64,000 nucleotides of DNA, from positions 64,001 through 128,000 of the forward strand of contig CAWDTA010000002.1 in the NCBI GenBank assembly GCA_963805085.1, written 5' to 3'. Source of the stretch: an uncultured Veillonellaceae bacterium (GTDB taxonomy: Bacteria > Bacillota > Negativicutes > JARBTT01). The notes under the pieces are model-generated. The model saw only the letters and a list, made by a program, of their open reading frames with translations, ran no database searches and was not told the origin of the DNA. This document shows positions 1 through 9,388 of the stretch, one piece after another. Positions within the stretch are counted from its first letter, which is position 1. Each line of letters starts with the position of its first letter. The position numbers were made by a program, and so were the translations under genes.

Positions 1-2
1 GT

Positions 3-857
3 CTTGGTCTCACTGTAAAAATCAATGATCATACGAAATTCTTTGCTGGCACGATGGGTAAGCCAGCAACTTTTACACTCAATGATGAGCCAACGACGCT
101 TACCTCGCCCCTAAAGAATGGCGATAGAATCTGTGCGATCAGCGGTATTAATGGTTCTGTGCCCCATGTAAAATTGCAGGATGTGGTCAATGTACCACCA
201 CCATTTAAAATCATTGTAAATGATGAAGATTTCACAATTAAGACCAAAGTATTGGTAAATAGCAAAGAAGTACCACTTGATTATCAATTAAGGGATCGCG
301 ATGAAGTGACCTATCAACAGGTGAAAAAATTAGGCGAAGTTCTCGTAAATATTGGTTATAAACCAACACCACGCCACTTCCATTACAAACTAAATGGTGA
401 AAACACACAGTATAGCGCTTCTCCTACAATTACAGTGAACGAAGAGGAGGCTACGCTTTCAACCTTGATTAATCCCGATGACAGGATCACCTGTATCGAA
501 CCCAAGACCCCAATCCTCGGTAAAATTGTTGATATGGGGAAAATTGATAGTCATATTACGATTAATTTTAACAAAGCAGCCTGTAAAATCCCCACCGCTA
601 ATTGTGCACTAGCTGTCGATGGCATCCCTGCCACATTAAATACGAGCGTAAAAGATGGCAGCTATATCACCTATTCTGTCTCAGAAAAAACAATAACCAT
701 GATTAGTGATGTACTCCTAGGTGCAAAATTTCAGCCACCAAGTGCTTTATCGCATGCCAAAGTAGAAATCCTCTTAAACGGACAACCTGCGGAATATACA
801 GCCCTCGTCAAAAATGGGGACTCCGTTGATGTCATTATCACTACATTGGAACGATAA
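3..857 (+). CDS. C-terminal part of FtsA-like actin-family protein with repeated ubiquitin-like/beta-grasp segments (5'-truncated by window)
   Basis: The frame is open from base 3 (LGLTVKINDHTKFFAGTMGKPA...), so the start lies upstream of the window. Recurrent ..NG/ND..A/V.L...(L/V/I)(K/R)xGDx(I/V) segments resemble the C-terminus of Firmicute FtsA-like proteins. Confidence 0.6.
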   Translation, partial: LGLTVKINDHTKFFAGTMGKPATFTLNDEPTTLTSPLKNGDRICAISGINGSVPHVKLQDVVNVPPPFKIIVNDEDFTIKTKVLVNSKEVPLDYQLRDRDEVTYQQVKKLGEVLVNIGYKPTPRHFHYKLNGENTQYSASPTITVNEEEATLSTLINPDDRITCIEPKTPILGKIVDMGKIDSHITINFNKAACKIPTANCALAVDGIPATLNTSVKDGSYITYSVSEKTITMISDVLLGAKFQPPSALSHAKVEILLNGQPAEYTALVKNGDSVDVIITTLER

Positions 858-951
858 TATAAAAATAGTTTTTCAAGTATGACGCACTTCCTGTTGGCAT
901 ATATATGATTAGTAGCGTATTCAGATGCATAATACAGGGGGTGAATACTTT

Positions 952-1374
952 TTGGCTGAAACGACAATAAAGACGAATACAACAGAGTGTTCTACAGATA
1001 TTACAACCGTCGTTACCGAAGTAGATACAGTAACAGATGCTACTACTACCACTACTACCAATAATCGAAATACTACTACCTGTGAAACAATTGAGGCAGC
1101 AGATGATGAATCAGAAGGCTGTAATCAATGTGGTCATTTTGACCTAAGAAAACTAGCTGAAGAAAGTCATTGTGCTGCTTTCCGTTCTTCTAACATAGCT
1201 GCTGCAACTAATAATTCTGTTATTATTTTTACTATGCGCGTCTTGCAAGAACTAATCATCAAGGAATGTAGAAAAGGCACACTTGACGTAAATACCATTA
1301 CTTCAATTGCTACCTCTATGGGCGATGTTAGTCTTGGTATCAAAGTATATAATAATCAACCATTTGACAGTTAG
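952..1374 (+). CDS. Thr-rich, Cys-containing hypothetical protein
   Basis: SD GGGGGTGA at 937-944 precedes TTG at 952; poly-Thr N-terminal half, CxxC (CNQC); followed by a terminator. Confidence 0.7.
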   Translation: MAETTIKTNTTECSTDITTVVTEVDTVTDATTTTTTNNRNTTTCETIEAADDESEGCNQCGHFDLRKLAEESHCAAFRSSNIAAATNNSVIIFTMRVLQELIIKECRKGTLDVNTITSIATSMGDVSLGIKVYNNQPFDS

Positions 1375-1381
1375 TTAGCTT

Positions 1382-1480
1382 AAAATAGTAAAAGGACGTT
1401 CGCAAATGAGCTGCCCCCCATAGTTAGACCTAAATCTAATTTATGGGGGGCACCTCAAACGAACGTCCTTTTACTATTTT
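1382..1480. terminator. Bidirectional intrinsic terminator (21-bp perfect IR) with an inserted element in its loop
   Basis: AAAATAGTAAAAGGACGTTCG (1382-1402) / CGAACGTCCTTTTACTATTTT (1460-1480), between convergent genes. Confidence 0.85.
1407..1457. mobile_element. 51-bp MITE-like element made of fused IS3/IS150-type terminal IRs
   Basis: TGAGCTGCCCCCCATAGTTAGA...TCTAATTTATGGGGGGCACCTCA with TG...CA ends; resembles TGAACTGCACCCCAAAAGTTAGAC-type IS150-group ends. Confidence 0.6.
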
Positions 1481-1498
1481 ATTTTTTCTTTTGACTAT

Positions 1499-2830
1499 TT
1501 ATTTACTGTTCATATACTTAGCAACTTTTGCAAAGGCAACGGCGCTTGCTGCAATTGTTTTATCAATATCTTCGTCCGTATGCGCACCAGACATGAATGC
1601 TGTTTCAAACTGTGAAGGTGCAAGATAGATGCCTTGTTCTAACATAGACTTAAAGTAAATTTTAAAGGCTGTTAAATCAGATTGTTTGGCAGTTTCATAA
1701 TCGTACACTGCTTTGTCCGTAAAGAACAACCCAAACATCGAACCAGCTTGATGGAATTGTAAGTTAAGACCAGCTTTTTTCGCTTCAGCTTCCATTCCCA
1801 TATTTAATTTTTTCGTGTTTAAGGTAAGAACACGGCTATAATCAGGCTGACCTGGTTCTGGCATTTTGTTGATAATATTTAATGTTGCAATCCCCGCTGT
1901 CATCGCCAATGGATTCCCGCTTAATGTACCTGCCTGATACACTGGACCGGCTGGGGAAATTTGTTCCATGATATCGCGTCTGCCACCATAGGCACCAACT
2001 GGCAAACCACCACCGATGATTTTACCAAGACAAGTCAAGTCCGGTTTGATGCCATACGCTGCTTGGGCACCACCCAATGAAGTACGGAAACCACACATCA
2101 CTTCATCAAAAATAAGTAATACACCATGTGCCTCCGTTATTTTTCTAAGTTCACGTAAGTAACCTTGCTTTGGTAATACTAAGCCCATGTTGCCAGCAAC
2201 CGGCTCAATGATCACAGCGGCAATTTCTTTGCCTGACTCTGCGAGCACACTGCGGATCGCTTCGATATCATTATACGGCACCGTAATCGTATTTTTGGCA
2301 ACGCCAACTGGAACACCAGGGCTATCTGGCACACCAAACGTAGCCAAACCAGAGCCAGCTTTAACTAACAAACTGTCATGATGTCCATGATAGCAGCCTT
2401 CAAATTTCACGATTTTTTCGCGACCAGTATAACCACGCGCCAAACGAAGCGCACTCATGGTCGCTTCTGTACCAGAGTTAACCATACGGATTAATTCCAT
2501 CGATGGCATGATTTCCTGCACCAATTTTGCAAGCTCTGTTTCTAGTACCGTTGGTGCACCATAACTCGTACCAAGCTCGGCCGCCGCTTTGATCGCCTCA
2601 ATTACTTCATCGTGAGCATGACCGACGATCATTGGGCCCCACGAACCTACATAATCAATGTATTCGTTACCATCGATATCATAAATCTTACTTCCCTTTG
2701 CTTTCGCAATAAACGGCGGATTAGAATCTACACTTTTAAAAGAACGAACTGGACTATTTACGCCACCAGGAATATATTGTTTTGCTTCAGCAAACGCTGC
2801 CGCTGATTTTTCTAAATTAAGTTCCATCAT
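1499..2830 (-). CDS. hemL: Glutamate-1-semialdehyde 2,1-aminomutase
   Basis: [37 protein letters not shown] (PLP lysine), [10 protein letters not shown]. Confidence 0.97.
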   Translation of the reverse strand: MMELNLEKSAAAFAEAKQYIPGGVNSPVRSFKSVDSNPPFIAKAKGSKIYDIDGNEYIDYVGSWGPMIVGHAHDEVIEAIKAAAELGTSYGAPTVLETELAKLVQEIMPSMELIRMVNSGTEATMSALRLARGYTGREKIVKFEGCYHGHHDSLLVKAGSGLATFGVPDSPGVPVGVAKNTITVPYNDIEAIRSVLAESGKEIAAVIIEPVAGNMGLVLPKQGYLRELRKITEAHGVLLIFDEVMCGFRTSLGGAQAAYGIKPDLTCLGKIIGGGLPVGAYGGRRDIMEQISPAGPVYQAGTLSGNPLAMTAGIATLNIINKMPEPGQPDYSRVLTLNTKKLNMGMEAEAKKAGLNLQFHQAGSMFGLFFTDKAVYDYETAKQSDLTAFKIYFKSMLEQGIYLAPSQFETAFMSGAHTDEDIDKTIAASAVAFAKVAKYMNSK

Positions 2831-2853
2831 TTCAGCCTCCTAAAGTAGGTCAA

Positions 2854-3831
2854 TTATTTTTCTGCTAACCACCGAGCTGCATCTAAGGCGTGGTATGTAA
2901 TAATGATATCTGCACCAGCGCGTTTCATGCTGGTTAACGTTTCGAGCACAATACGTTTTTCATCAATCCAGCCATTTGCCGCTGCTGCTTTTACCATTGC
3001 ATATTCTCCACTTACATTATAGACTGCGATTGGTAAATGCGTCATATTGCGCACTTGATGGACGATATCAAGATAAGAAAGCGCCGGTTTTACCATAATA
3101 ATATCGGCACCTTCAGCGATATCAAGTGCAACTTCTTTCAGCGCCTCGCGCGCATTGGCTGGATCCATTTGATAGGAACGGCGATCACCAAATTGTGGCG
3201 TAGAATGCGCCGCATCTCTAAATGGGCCATAATAAGCCGAAGCATATTTTACCGCATACGACATGATTGATACATTACTAAACCCGGCGTCATCTAGCGC
3301 TTCACGAATTGCCGCTACGCGACCATCCATCATATCCGATGGTGCAATCATGTCCGCCCCAGCCTCTGCTTGGCTGACTGCGACCTTGGCTAATAGTTTT
3401 AAAGTTGCATCATTTTCTACATACTGATCTTTTAATTGACCACAGTGCCCATGCGTCGTATATTGGCAAAGACAAACATCACCAACAATCACAAGGTCAG
3501 GAAGTTCTGCTTTTATGGCCTGCATCGCTCGTTGCACAGGACTGTTCATATCCCAGGCACTAGAACCGATTTCATCTTTATATTCAGGTAAACCAAAGAC
3601 TTCAACCGCTGGAATACCAAGTTCATAGGCTTCCTTTGCTACTTTTACTGCTTCATCTACGGATAAATGATAACAGCCTGGCAAACTAGAAATTTCTTCT
3701 TTGACCTTTTCACCAGCCACCACAAAGATTGGATACACAAAGTCCTTTGCTGAAATGATCGTTTCACAAACTAAACTACGCACGCCCTCAGAAATACGCA
3801 TACGACGTGGTCTTAATTTTTGCTGATACAT
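2854..3831 (-). CDS. hemB: Porphobilinogen synthase (ALA dehydratase)
   Basis: [14 protein letters not shown] Zn site, [32 protein letters not shown]; SD AGAGGTG 7 nt before ATG 3831. Confidence 0.97.
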   Translation of the reverse strand: MYQQKLRPRRMRISEGVRSLVCETIISAKDFVYPIFVVAGEKVKEEISSLPGCYHLSVDEAVKVAKEAYELGIPAVEVFGLPEYKDEIGSSAWDMNSPVQRAMQAIKAELPDLVIVGDVCLCQYTTHGHCGQLKDQYVENDATLKLLAKVAVSQAEAGADMIAPSDMMDGRVAAIREALDDAGFSNVSIMSYAVKYASAYYGPFRDAAHSTPQFGDRRSYQMDPANAREALKEVALDIAEGADIIMVKPALSYLDIVHQVRNMTHLPIAVYNVSGEYAMVKAAAANGWIDEKRIVLETLTSMKRAGADIIITYHALDAARWLAEK

Positions 3832-4007
3832 CAAAAATCACCTCTATATTATTTTACTATAAAAAAAGCACTAAAGATCTATACATAATGGAAATCATCA
3901 GAAAGGAGGATAACTTATCCCCCTCAGGCTGTCAACAAAATAAAATATTTGTGTCGATGATTTAGAAAACATCAAAATCCGCTCCACTTATAAACTAGTA
4001 CAAAGAT

Positions 4008-4140
4008 AGGCTGCCGGTTGGTGAGAAGTGCTCAGATGCTAGGAACAGTAAGGAGTTGTGAAGGAGTCGTACTTTCGTACGTCGACGAGCAGCACCTTGT
4101 CGGAGGGCGCAGATGAGTGCTTATCGCCGACCCGCGGCCT
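4008..4140. repeat. 133-bp GC-richer palindromic MITE-like element overlapping the 3' end of cobA-hemD
   Basis: Imperfect 32-bp terminal IRs AGGCTGCCGGTTGGTGAGAAGTGCTCAGATGC / GCAGATGAGTGCTTATCGCCGACCCGCGGCCT; internal CGTAC-tttc-GTACG hairpin. Confidence 0.65.
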
Positions 4141-5650
4141 GTCTGTCCATAGTTTGTATTGCTTCTACTAGACCTGTAATGGTATAATCTTCGGCAATAA
4201 CCGTTGGTTCAATGCCATGATCAAAACAAGTTTTTGCCGTAATTGGGCCGATGCAAGCTGTTTTTGTTTTACCAATTAAATTTTTCCCATTTTCGCCCAA
4301 CACGCTAAGTAAATTGGTTACGGTCGAAGAACTGGTGAACGTTACTAAGTCAATTTCGTTGTCTTGTAATTTTTTGATTAACGACTCACTGTCTACCTCG
4401 CCAATCACCGTCTGATAAACTGGAGCAACATCAACGATCGCACCCATTTCACGAAGTTTTTCCGGTAATAGTTCACGTGCTTCTTTCGCACGAGGAATTA
4501 AAATTTTCATGCCTTTGTTTATTCTATCTTGTAAGATCTCAATGATACCTTCAGCTCTAAATTCCGCTGGAATCACATCGGCTTTGATGCCATAACCCCG
4601 CAAATGATTTGCAGTTGATACGCCAATTGCCGCAATCTTTGCATTGGAAAGCGCACGGCTATCCAGACCTTTTTCATCCAAACGAGCAAAGAAATGATCA
4701 ACGCCATTTGCGCTCGTAAAAATAAGCCAATGATAACTTGCAATCTTAGCGATTGCGCTGTCGATTGCTTCATAACTATCCGGCAGGGCAATTTTAATCG
4801 CTGGTGCTTCAATACAGCTGGCACCAAGTGCTTCTAATTTATTGGTAAGAACACTCGCTTGTTCTCTGGCCCGCGTAACAAGAATGTTTTTACCAAATAG
4901 CGGACGATTGTCAAACCAAGCTAATTTTTCCCGTAAGTTAACAACATCACCAACAATGAAAATCGCTGGTGGTTTCAAGCCTTGCTTTGCTACATCTTCA
5001 GCTGCACTTCCTACTGTTGTTACTAATACTTGTTGTTCAGGCTTCGTGCCCCAGCGAATAACCGCTGCTGGTGTTTCTGCTGGACGGCCATTTTTTATTA
5101 ATTGCGAGGTAATATGCGGTAAATTTTCTACGCCCATTAAAAACACAAGCGTATCAACCCCTGTTGAAAGTTTATCCCAACGCATGTTGGATTTTCCTTT
5201 CGTCGGATCTTCATGACCAGTGATCACAGCAAAAGAAGTGGCCACTGCCCGATGCGTTACAGGAATACCAGCATAGGCAGGCACAGAAATCGCAGAAGTG
5301 ATTCCTGGCACGATTTCAAAAGGCAAATTGTTTTCTACTAAAAGTAGCGCTTCTTCCCCACCACGACCAAATACAAACGGATCGCCGCCTTTTAAACGCA
5401 CTACTATTTTTCCTTCTTTGGCTTTATCTACTAACAATTGATTGATATCTTCTTGACGCATTGTGTGCTGACTAGAAGCTTTGCCTACATAGATCAGCTC
5501 TACATCTTTACGTGCATTTCGAAGCAATCGATCATCTGCTAAACGATCATACACGATCGTATCAGCAATTTGAATATACTCCCATGCTTTCACACTAATT
5601 AACTTGTAGTCGCCAGGGCCTGCGCCCACTAAATATACCATACCTGCCAT
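4121..5650 (-). CDS. cobA: Fused uroporphyrinogen-III C-methyltransferase / uroporphyrinogen-III synthase (CobA-HemD)
   Basis: LVGAGPGD, RLKGGDPFVFGRGGEE, VPGITSA in the N-terminal half; LVTRA, FTSANGV, FTSSSTV, IGPITA in the HemD half. Confidence 0.95.
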   Translation of the reverse strand: MAGMVYLVGAGPGDYKLISVKAWEYIQIADTIVYDRLADDRLLRNARKDVELIYVGKASSQHTMRQEDINQLLVDKAKEGKIVVRLKGGDPFVFGRGGEEALLLVENNLPFEIVPGITSAISVPAYAGIPVTHRAVATSFAVITGHEDPTKGKSNMRWDKLSTGVDTLVFLMGVENLPHITSQLIKNGRPAETPAAVIRWGTKPEQQVLVTTVGSAAEDVAKQGLKPPAIFIVGDVVNLREKLAWFDNRPLFGKNILVTRAREQASVLTNKLEALGASCIEAPAIKIALPDSYEAIDSAIAKIASYHWLIFTSANGVDHFFARLDEKGLDSRALSNAKIAAIGVSTANHLRGYGIKADVIPAEFRAEGIIEILQDRINKGMKILIPRAKEARELLPEKLREMGAIVDVAPVYQTVIGEVDSESLIKKLQDNEIDLVTFTSSSTVTNLLSVLGENGKNLIGKTKTACIGPITAKTCFDHGIEPTVIAEDYTITGLVEAIQTMDRQAAGRR

Positions 5651-5665
5651 AAAATTTCCTCCTAC

Positions 5666-5699
5666 AAAAAAGTCAGGTGAACAGCTTATCTCACCTGAC
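5666..5699 (-). terminator. Intra-operon stem-loop with U-tract between hemC and cobA-hemD
   Basis: GTCAGGTGA/TCACCTGAC stem followed on the minus strand by T6. Confidence 0.6.
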
Positions 5700-5710
5700 C
5701 CATATATTAT

Positions 5711-6643
5711 TTATTCAGTCATACAACCTAGATCTACCATGATTTTGCGTCCACCTGCGGCAAGCATGCGGCTGGCCAATTGTTCACCAAGCGAAGTTGC
5801 TTCATTACAGCTACCAACGACGCAATCCTTAATCACCGTTTGACCATCAATGGTAGCAATAATTGCCTCCACCGTCAAAGTCTCACCTTCTAGAGTACCA
5901 AACACCCCAACTGGTACTTGACAACCACCTTCGACTGTTTTTAAGAAAGCACGCTCTGCAGTTACAGCATAACGCGTTGCTGGATCATTTAAAAATGACA
6001 ATAGCGTTAACACTTCTGGATCATTTTCTCTCGCCTCAATGGCAAGTGCCCCTTGTCCCACAGCCGGTAAACAGACTTCTTTCGGTAATATTTCCGTAAT
6101 ATGTTCTTCCCAGCCAAGTCGTTTGAGTCCAGCCGCAGCTAACACAATTGCATCCAAGCTGTTAGTTTCTAGCTTTTTCAATCTCGTATCCACGTTACCG
6201 CGCAAATCACGAATGCTCAAATCAGGTCGCGCACTCAGTAATTGCGCTTTTCTTCTCAAACTAGAAGTACCAACTTTAGCCCCTTGTGGTAAATTTTTTA
6301 ACGTCTTATACTTCGGACTAATAATCGCATCGCCTGGATCGACACGTTTGGTAATCGCTGCCAGTGTTAACCCTACTGGCAACTCCGTTGGCATATCCTT
6401 TAAGCTATGCACTGCTAGATCAATGGAACCTTCTAGCATTTCCGTTTCTAATTCTTTTGTAAATAGACCTTTGCCACCGATCTTCGCTAGTGGCACATCC
6501 AGAATCTTATCCCCAGTTGTTGTGATATATTTTATTATAACTTCTAAATTTTTATATTCTTTGCGTAAACAATCCGCAATATGATTGGCTTGCCATAGCG
6601 CTAGCTTACTTCCGCGCGTACCGATAACTATTTTTTCTCTCAC
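5711..6643 (-). CDS. hemC: Hydroxymethylbilane synthase (porphobilinogen deaminase)
   Basis: IGTRGSKLALWQA, GGKGLFTKELE, AVHSLKDMP, GTSSLRR, RGNVDTRL, EGGCQVP. Confidence 0.97.
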   Translation of the reverse strand: MREKIVIGTRGSKLALWQANHIADCLRKEYKNLEVIIKYITTTGDKILDVPLAKIGGKGLFTKELETEMLEGSIDLAVHSLKDMPTELPVGLTLAAITKRVDPGDAIISPKYKTLKNLPQGAKVGTSSLRRKAQLLSARPDLSIRDLRGNVDTRLKKLETNSLDAIVLAAAGLKRLGWEEHITEILPKEVCLPAVGQGALAIEARENDPEVLTLLSFLNDPATRYAVTAERAFLKTVEGGCQVPVGVFGTLEGETLTVEAIIATIDGQTVIKDCVVGSCNEATSLGEQLASRMLAAGGRKIMVDLGCMTE

Positions 6644-7922
6644 TTTTTCTGTTCTCCCCTATTGTATCAAGTTTGAAAAGATCTCGCATCGCATCGATAT
6701 AATACTGTTCATTTCCAGTACCAGCCGCGCTATTGATTTTTACCATTGGCTCCCTAAGCATTTTGCGAATAATCATATGCGACATCTGTTCCATCACTTT
6801 ACGTTCTTCTGGCGTAATATCCGGCAATTTCGCCATTGCCCGTTTCACTTCACGTTGTCTCATCCGCTCCGCTTTATCCGTTAATAGTGCCATTACCGGA
6901 CGGAAAGATAAGTAACGAAATTTATTTACGAGCTCTTCCACTTCTTCCTCTACTATTTTTTCAGCAAGTTCAGCCTCTTGCTCACGAACTTTAATATTTG
7001 AATCAACGACTGCTTCTAAGTCATCAATATTATATAAACTAACGCCTTTAATATCAGCTACTTCTGGCTCAACGTCACGTGGTACGGCGATATCGATGAA
7101 AATAATCGGCTTGCCTTTGCGTTTTGTCATCAGATGCTGCGTATCCCAAGCTTTTACGATATAATGTGGCGCCCCCGTTGAAGTAATCACGATATCCGTA
7201 TTGACCGCACATTGCATTGCATGTTCATTCTTTATCGCTTCGCCATGAAATTTCGCTGCTAAATCTACAGCACGGTCATAGCTACGATTGGATACAAATA
7301 CAGTTTCTACACCATTATCAATCAAATGTCGGGCGGTAAGCTCACCCATTTGCCCTGCCCCCAGTAATAGCACCTTTGAATTTGATAAATCACCAAACAA
7401 GTTCTTTGCCAACTCTACTGCCGCGTAACTAACAGATACTGCACTATAGGCAATTCTCGTTTCTGTACGAACTCTTTTCCCTACTGAAATTGCTCGATGG
7501 AATAATGTATTTAATACGGTACTGGTCGTCCCAGCTTCTTTTGCGATCCAATACCCTTTTTTTACTTGGCTGAGAATCTGGCCTTCACCAATCACCAAAG
7601 AATCTAAACTAGCAGCCACGCGAAATAAATGTTCGATGCATTCTTCATCATAATAATGAAATAAATACGGATCTACATCATCATCGTTACTCGCTAGATC
7701 ATATAGAAATCTCTTTAATACCGATAAAGATTCCTCTGCATCCTCAACAACAACATACAGTTCGCTCCGATTACAAGTCGAGAGAATCACGGCTTCATTA
7801 ATTTCTTCATACTCATCTATATGTCTAAGTCCAGCTTTCACTTTATCCGCCGATAAAGAAAAGCATTCCCGCACTTCTACTGGTGCAGTCTTATGATTTA
7901 GTCCCACAACTACTAATTGCAT
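6606..7922 (-). CDS. hemA: Glutamyl-tRNA reductase
   Basis: GLNHKTAPVEVRE, LSTCNRSELY, GEGQILSQVK, GAGQMG, DIAVPRDVE. Confidence 0.97.
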   Translation of the reverse strand: MQLVVVGLNHKTAPVEVRECFSLSADKVKAGLRHIDEYEEINEAVILSTCNRSELYVVVEDAEESLSVLKRFLYDLASNDDDVDPYLFHYYDEECIEHLFRVAASLDSLVIGEGQILSQVKKGYWIAKEAGTTSTVLNTLFHRAISVGKRVRTETRIAYSAVSVSYAAVELAKNLFGDLSNSKVLLLGAGQMGELTARHLIDNGVETVFVSNRSYDRAVDLAAKFHGEAIKNEHAMQCAVNTDIVITSTGAPHYIVKAWDTQHLMTKRKGKPIIFIDIAVPRDVEPEVADIKGVSLYNIDDLEAVVDSNIKVREQEAELAEKIVEEEVEELVNKFRYLSFRPVMALLTDKAERMRQREVKRAMAKLPDITPEERKVMEQMSHMIIRKMLREPMVKINSAAGTGNEQYYIDAMRDLFKLDTIGENRKSERKNSYRYARK

Positions 7923-8534
7923 GTTTTATTCTTTCCTCCGCCACGCTTAATTCACCTTGTTTTAGTAAATCAAGTATTTCTTTATTCATCGCTTTATTCC
8001 AAAAAGTCTCACGCTCTTGACTGGTCTTTAACTTCGTTTTTATGAAGGAGCGTACGTTTGCCACCAGTTCTAAATATAGTTCATATTCAGTTCCATAGGT
8101 GTCTGCAAGCTCTGCCCGAAGTTGCCGCGACAATGCTGGACTTTTCCACCTGTTGACACTGTAAACAATAAATCACCACGATTTACTTGTGCTGGCACAG
8201 TAAAATCACTGACAGATTCATTATCTACCACATTAACAAGTGAGCCATTTTCCTTTGCCTCTAAAGCGGCTCGTTGATTTACTTCACTATGATCAGTAGC
8301 ACAAATAACAAGAAAATAAGCGTTTAGATCGCCTCGGCTATAATCCATCGCACTATAAATAATATCAGAACGCTCAGCTAACTGAGCCAACTCCTCTATT
8401 AACACTGGACTAATTACCGTAACGATAGCCTTTGCTTTTAATAAAGCCTTGACTTTACGATACGCAACATGGCCTCCACCAATTACAGCACATGGCCTAC
8501 CCTCAATATTAAGATTCACCGGATAAACAGCCAA
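7891..8534 (-). pseudogene. sirC: Precorrin-2 dehydrogenase/sirohydrochlorin ferrochelatase (SirC/Met8-like), split by a 1-nt frameshift (real or sequencing error)
   Basis: YPVNL, IGGGHVAYRK, NVVD, then STGGK|SPALSRQLR, which is restored by adding one A to the A4 run (plus-strand T 8142-8145). Confidence 0.85.
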
Positions 8535-8660
8535 TGCACTTTCACCTCGCCAAATTTAGCCTAGATACACCTTATAATATAATATATCTTTTTTTGATTA
8601 ATTTCCATCATATTTTTCTACAAAAATACAAATTAAATTCTAGACAATTTGCTAAATCGT

Positions 8661-8694
8661 AAAAAAATAAAAGGAGTTGCTTATTAACAACTCC
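8661..8694 (-). terminator. Intrinsic terminator after response regulator
   Basis: GGAGTTG/CAACTCC stem with a minus-strand U-tract. Confidence 0.6.
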
Positions 8695-8703
8695 ACACAC
8701 AGC

Positions 8704-9372
8704 CTATTCTAAAGTCATAATTTTATTTTTAAGGGCATATAAAAGTGCTTGGGTTCTGTCATTAACATTTATTTTACGGAAAATATTCGTTAAATGATTC
8801 TTTACCGTTTTTTCACTGACAAACAACGCCTGCGCAATTTCTTGGTTACTGAATCCTTTTGCAATACAACGCAATACATCCATTTCACGGGCAGTCAATC
8901 TTTCACCGCGACGCTCTTTCCAAATTTCTTCGGCTCTCATGCCTACATCCTCACATTGCACTGCACCAAATAACTTTTCAGCAATTTCTGGATAAACAAA
9001 AGCATTGCCTTCATGCACCATATGAATCGCCTTAATGAGCATCTCTGGCTCTACATCCTTCAATAAATAACCCATTACTCCATTTTTAAGCACTTCAATC
9101 ACGTAATTATCATCATCATGAATTGTAAGCATGATAATTTTGGTTTGCGTTTTTGTCAATTGTAACTGTTTGGCCACCTCAATTCCATTCATAATTGGCA
9201 TGTTCAGATCCAACAGTAAAATATCCGGCTGAAACATCAACGTTTTTGCCAACGTTTCATGGCCATCGACCGCTTCAGCAACTACCTCTAAATCATCTTC
9301 TAAATCTAATACCATACGGATTCCTTGCCTTAATAGTAAGTGATCATCGGCAATTAAAATTTTGATTGACAT
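8704..9372 (-). CDS. NarL/LuxR-family (DegU-like) response regulator
   Basis: ILIADDH, LLDLNMP, GYLLK receiver domain; LTAREMDVL...GFSNQEIA...SEKTVKNH HTH. Confidence 0.93.
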   Translation of the reverse strand: MSIKILIADDHLLLRQGIRMVLDLEDDLEVVAEAVDGHETLAKTLMFQPDILLLDLNMPIMNGIEVAKQLQLTKTQTKIIMLTIHDDDNYVIEVLKNGVMGYLLKDVEPEMLIKAIHMVHEGNAFVYPEIAEKLFGAVQCEDVGMRAEEIWKERRGERLTAREMDVLRCIAKGFSNQEIAQALFVSEKTVKNHLTNIFRKINVNDRTQALLYALKNKIMTLE

Positions 9373-9388
9373 GTTACTTCACTTCTTT

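Noticed and set aside
3835-4007. Cobalamin or other riboswitch in the hem operon spacers
   Set aside because: No B12-box (GCCACTG/AGYCAG) or other recognisable aptamer core was found.
2187-6915. Numerous antisense ORFs over the hem genes (likewise over the kdg, manC and rml genes)
   Set aside because: Shadows of well-conserved genes on the opposite strand, with no SD or motifs.
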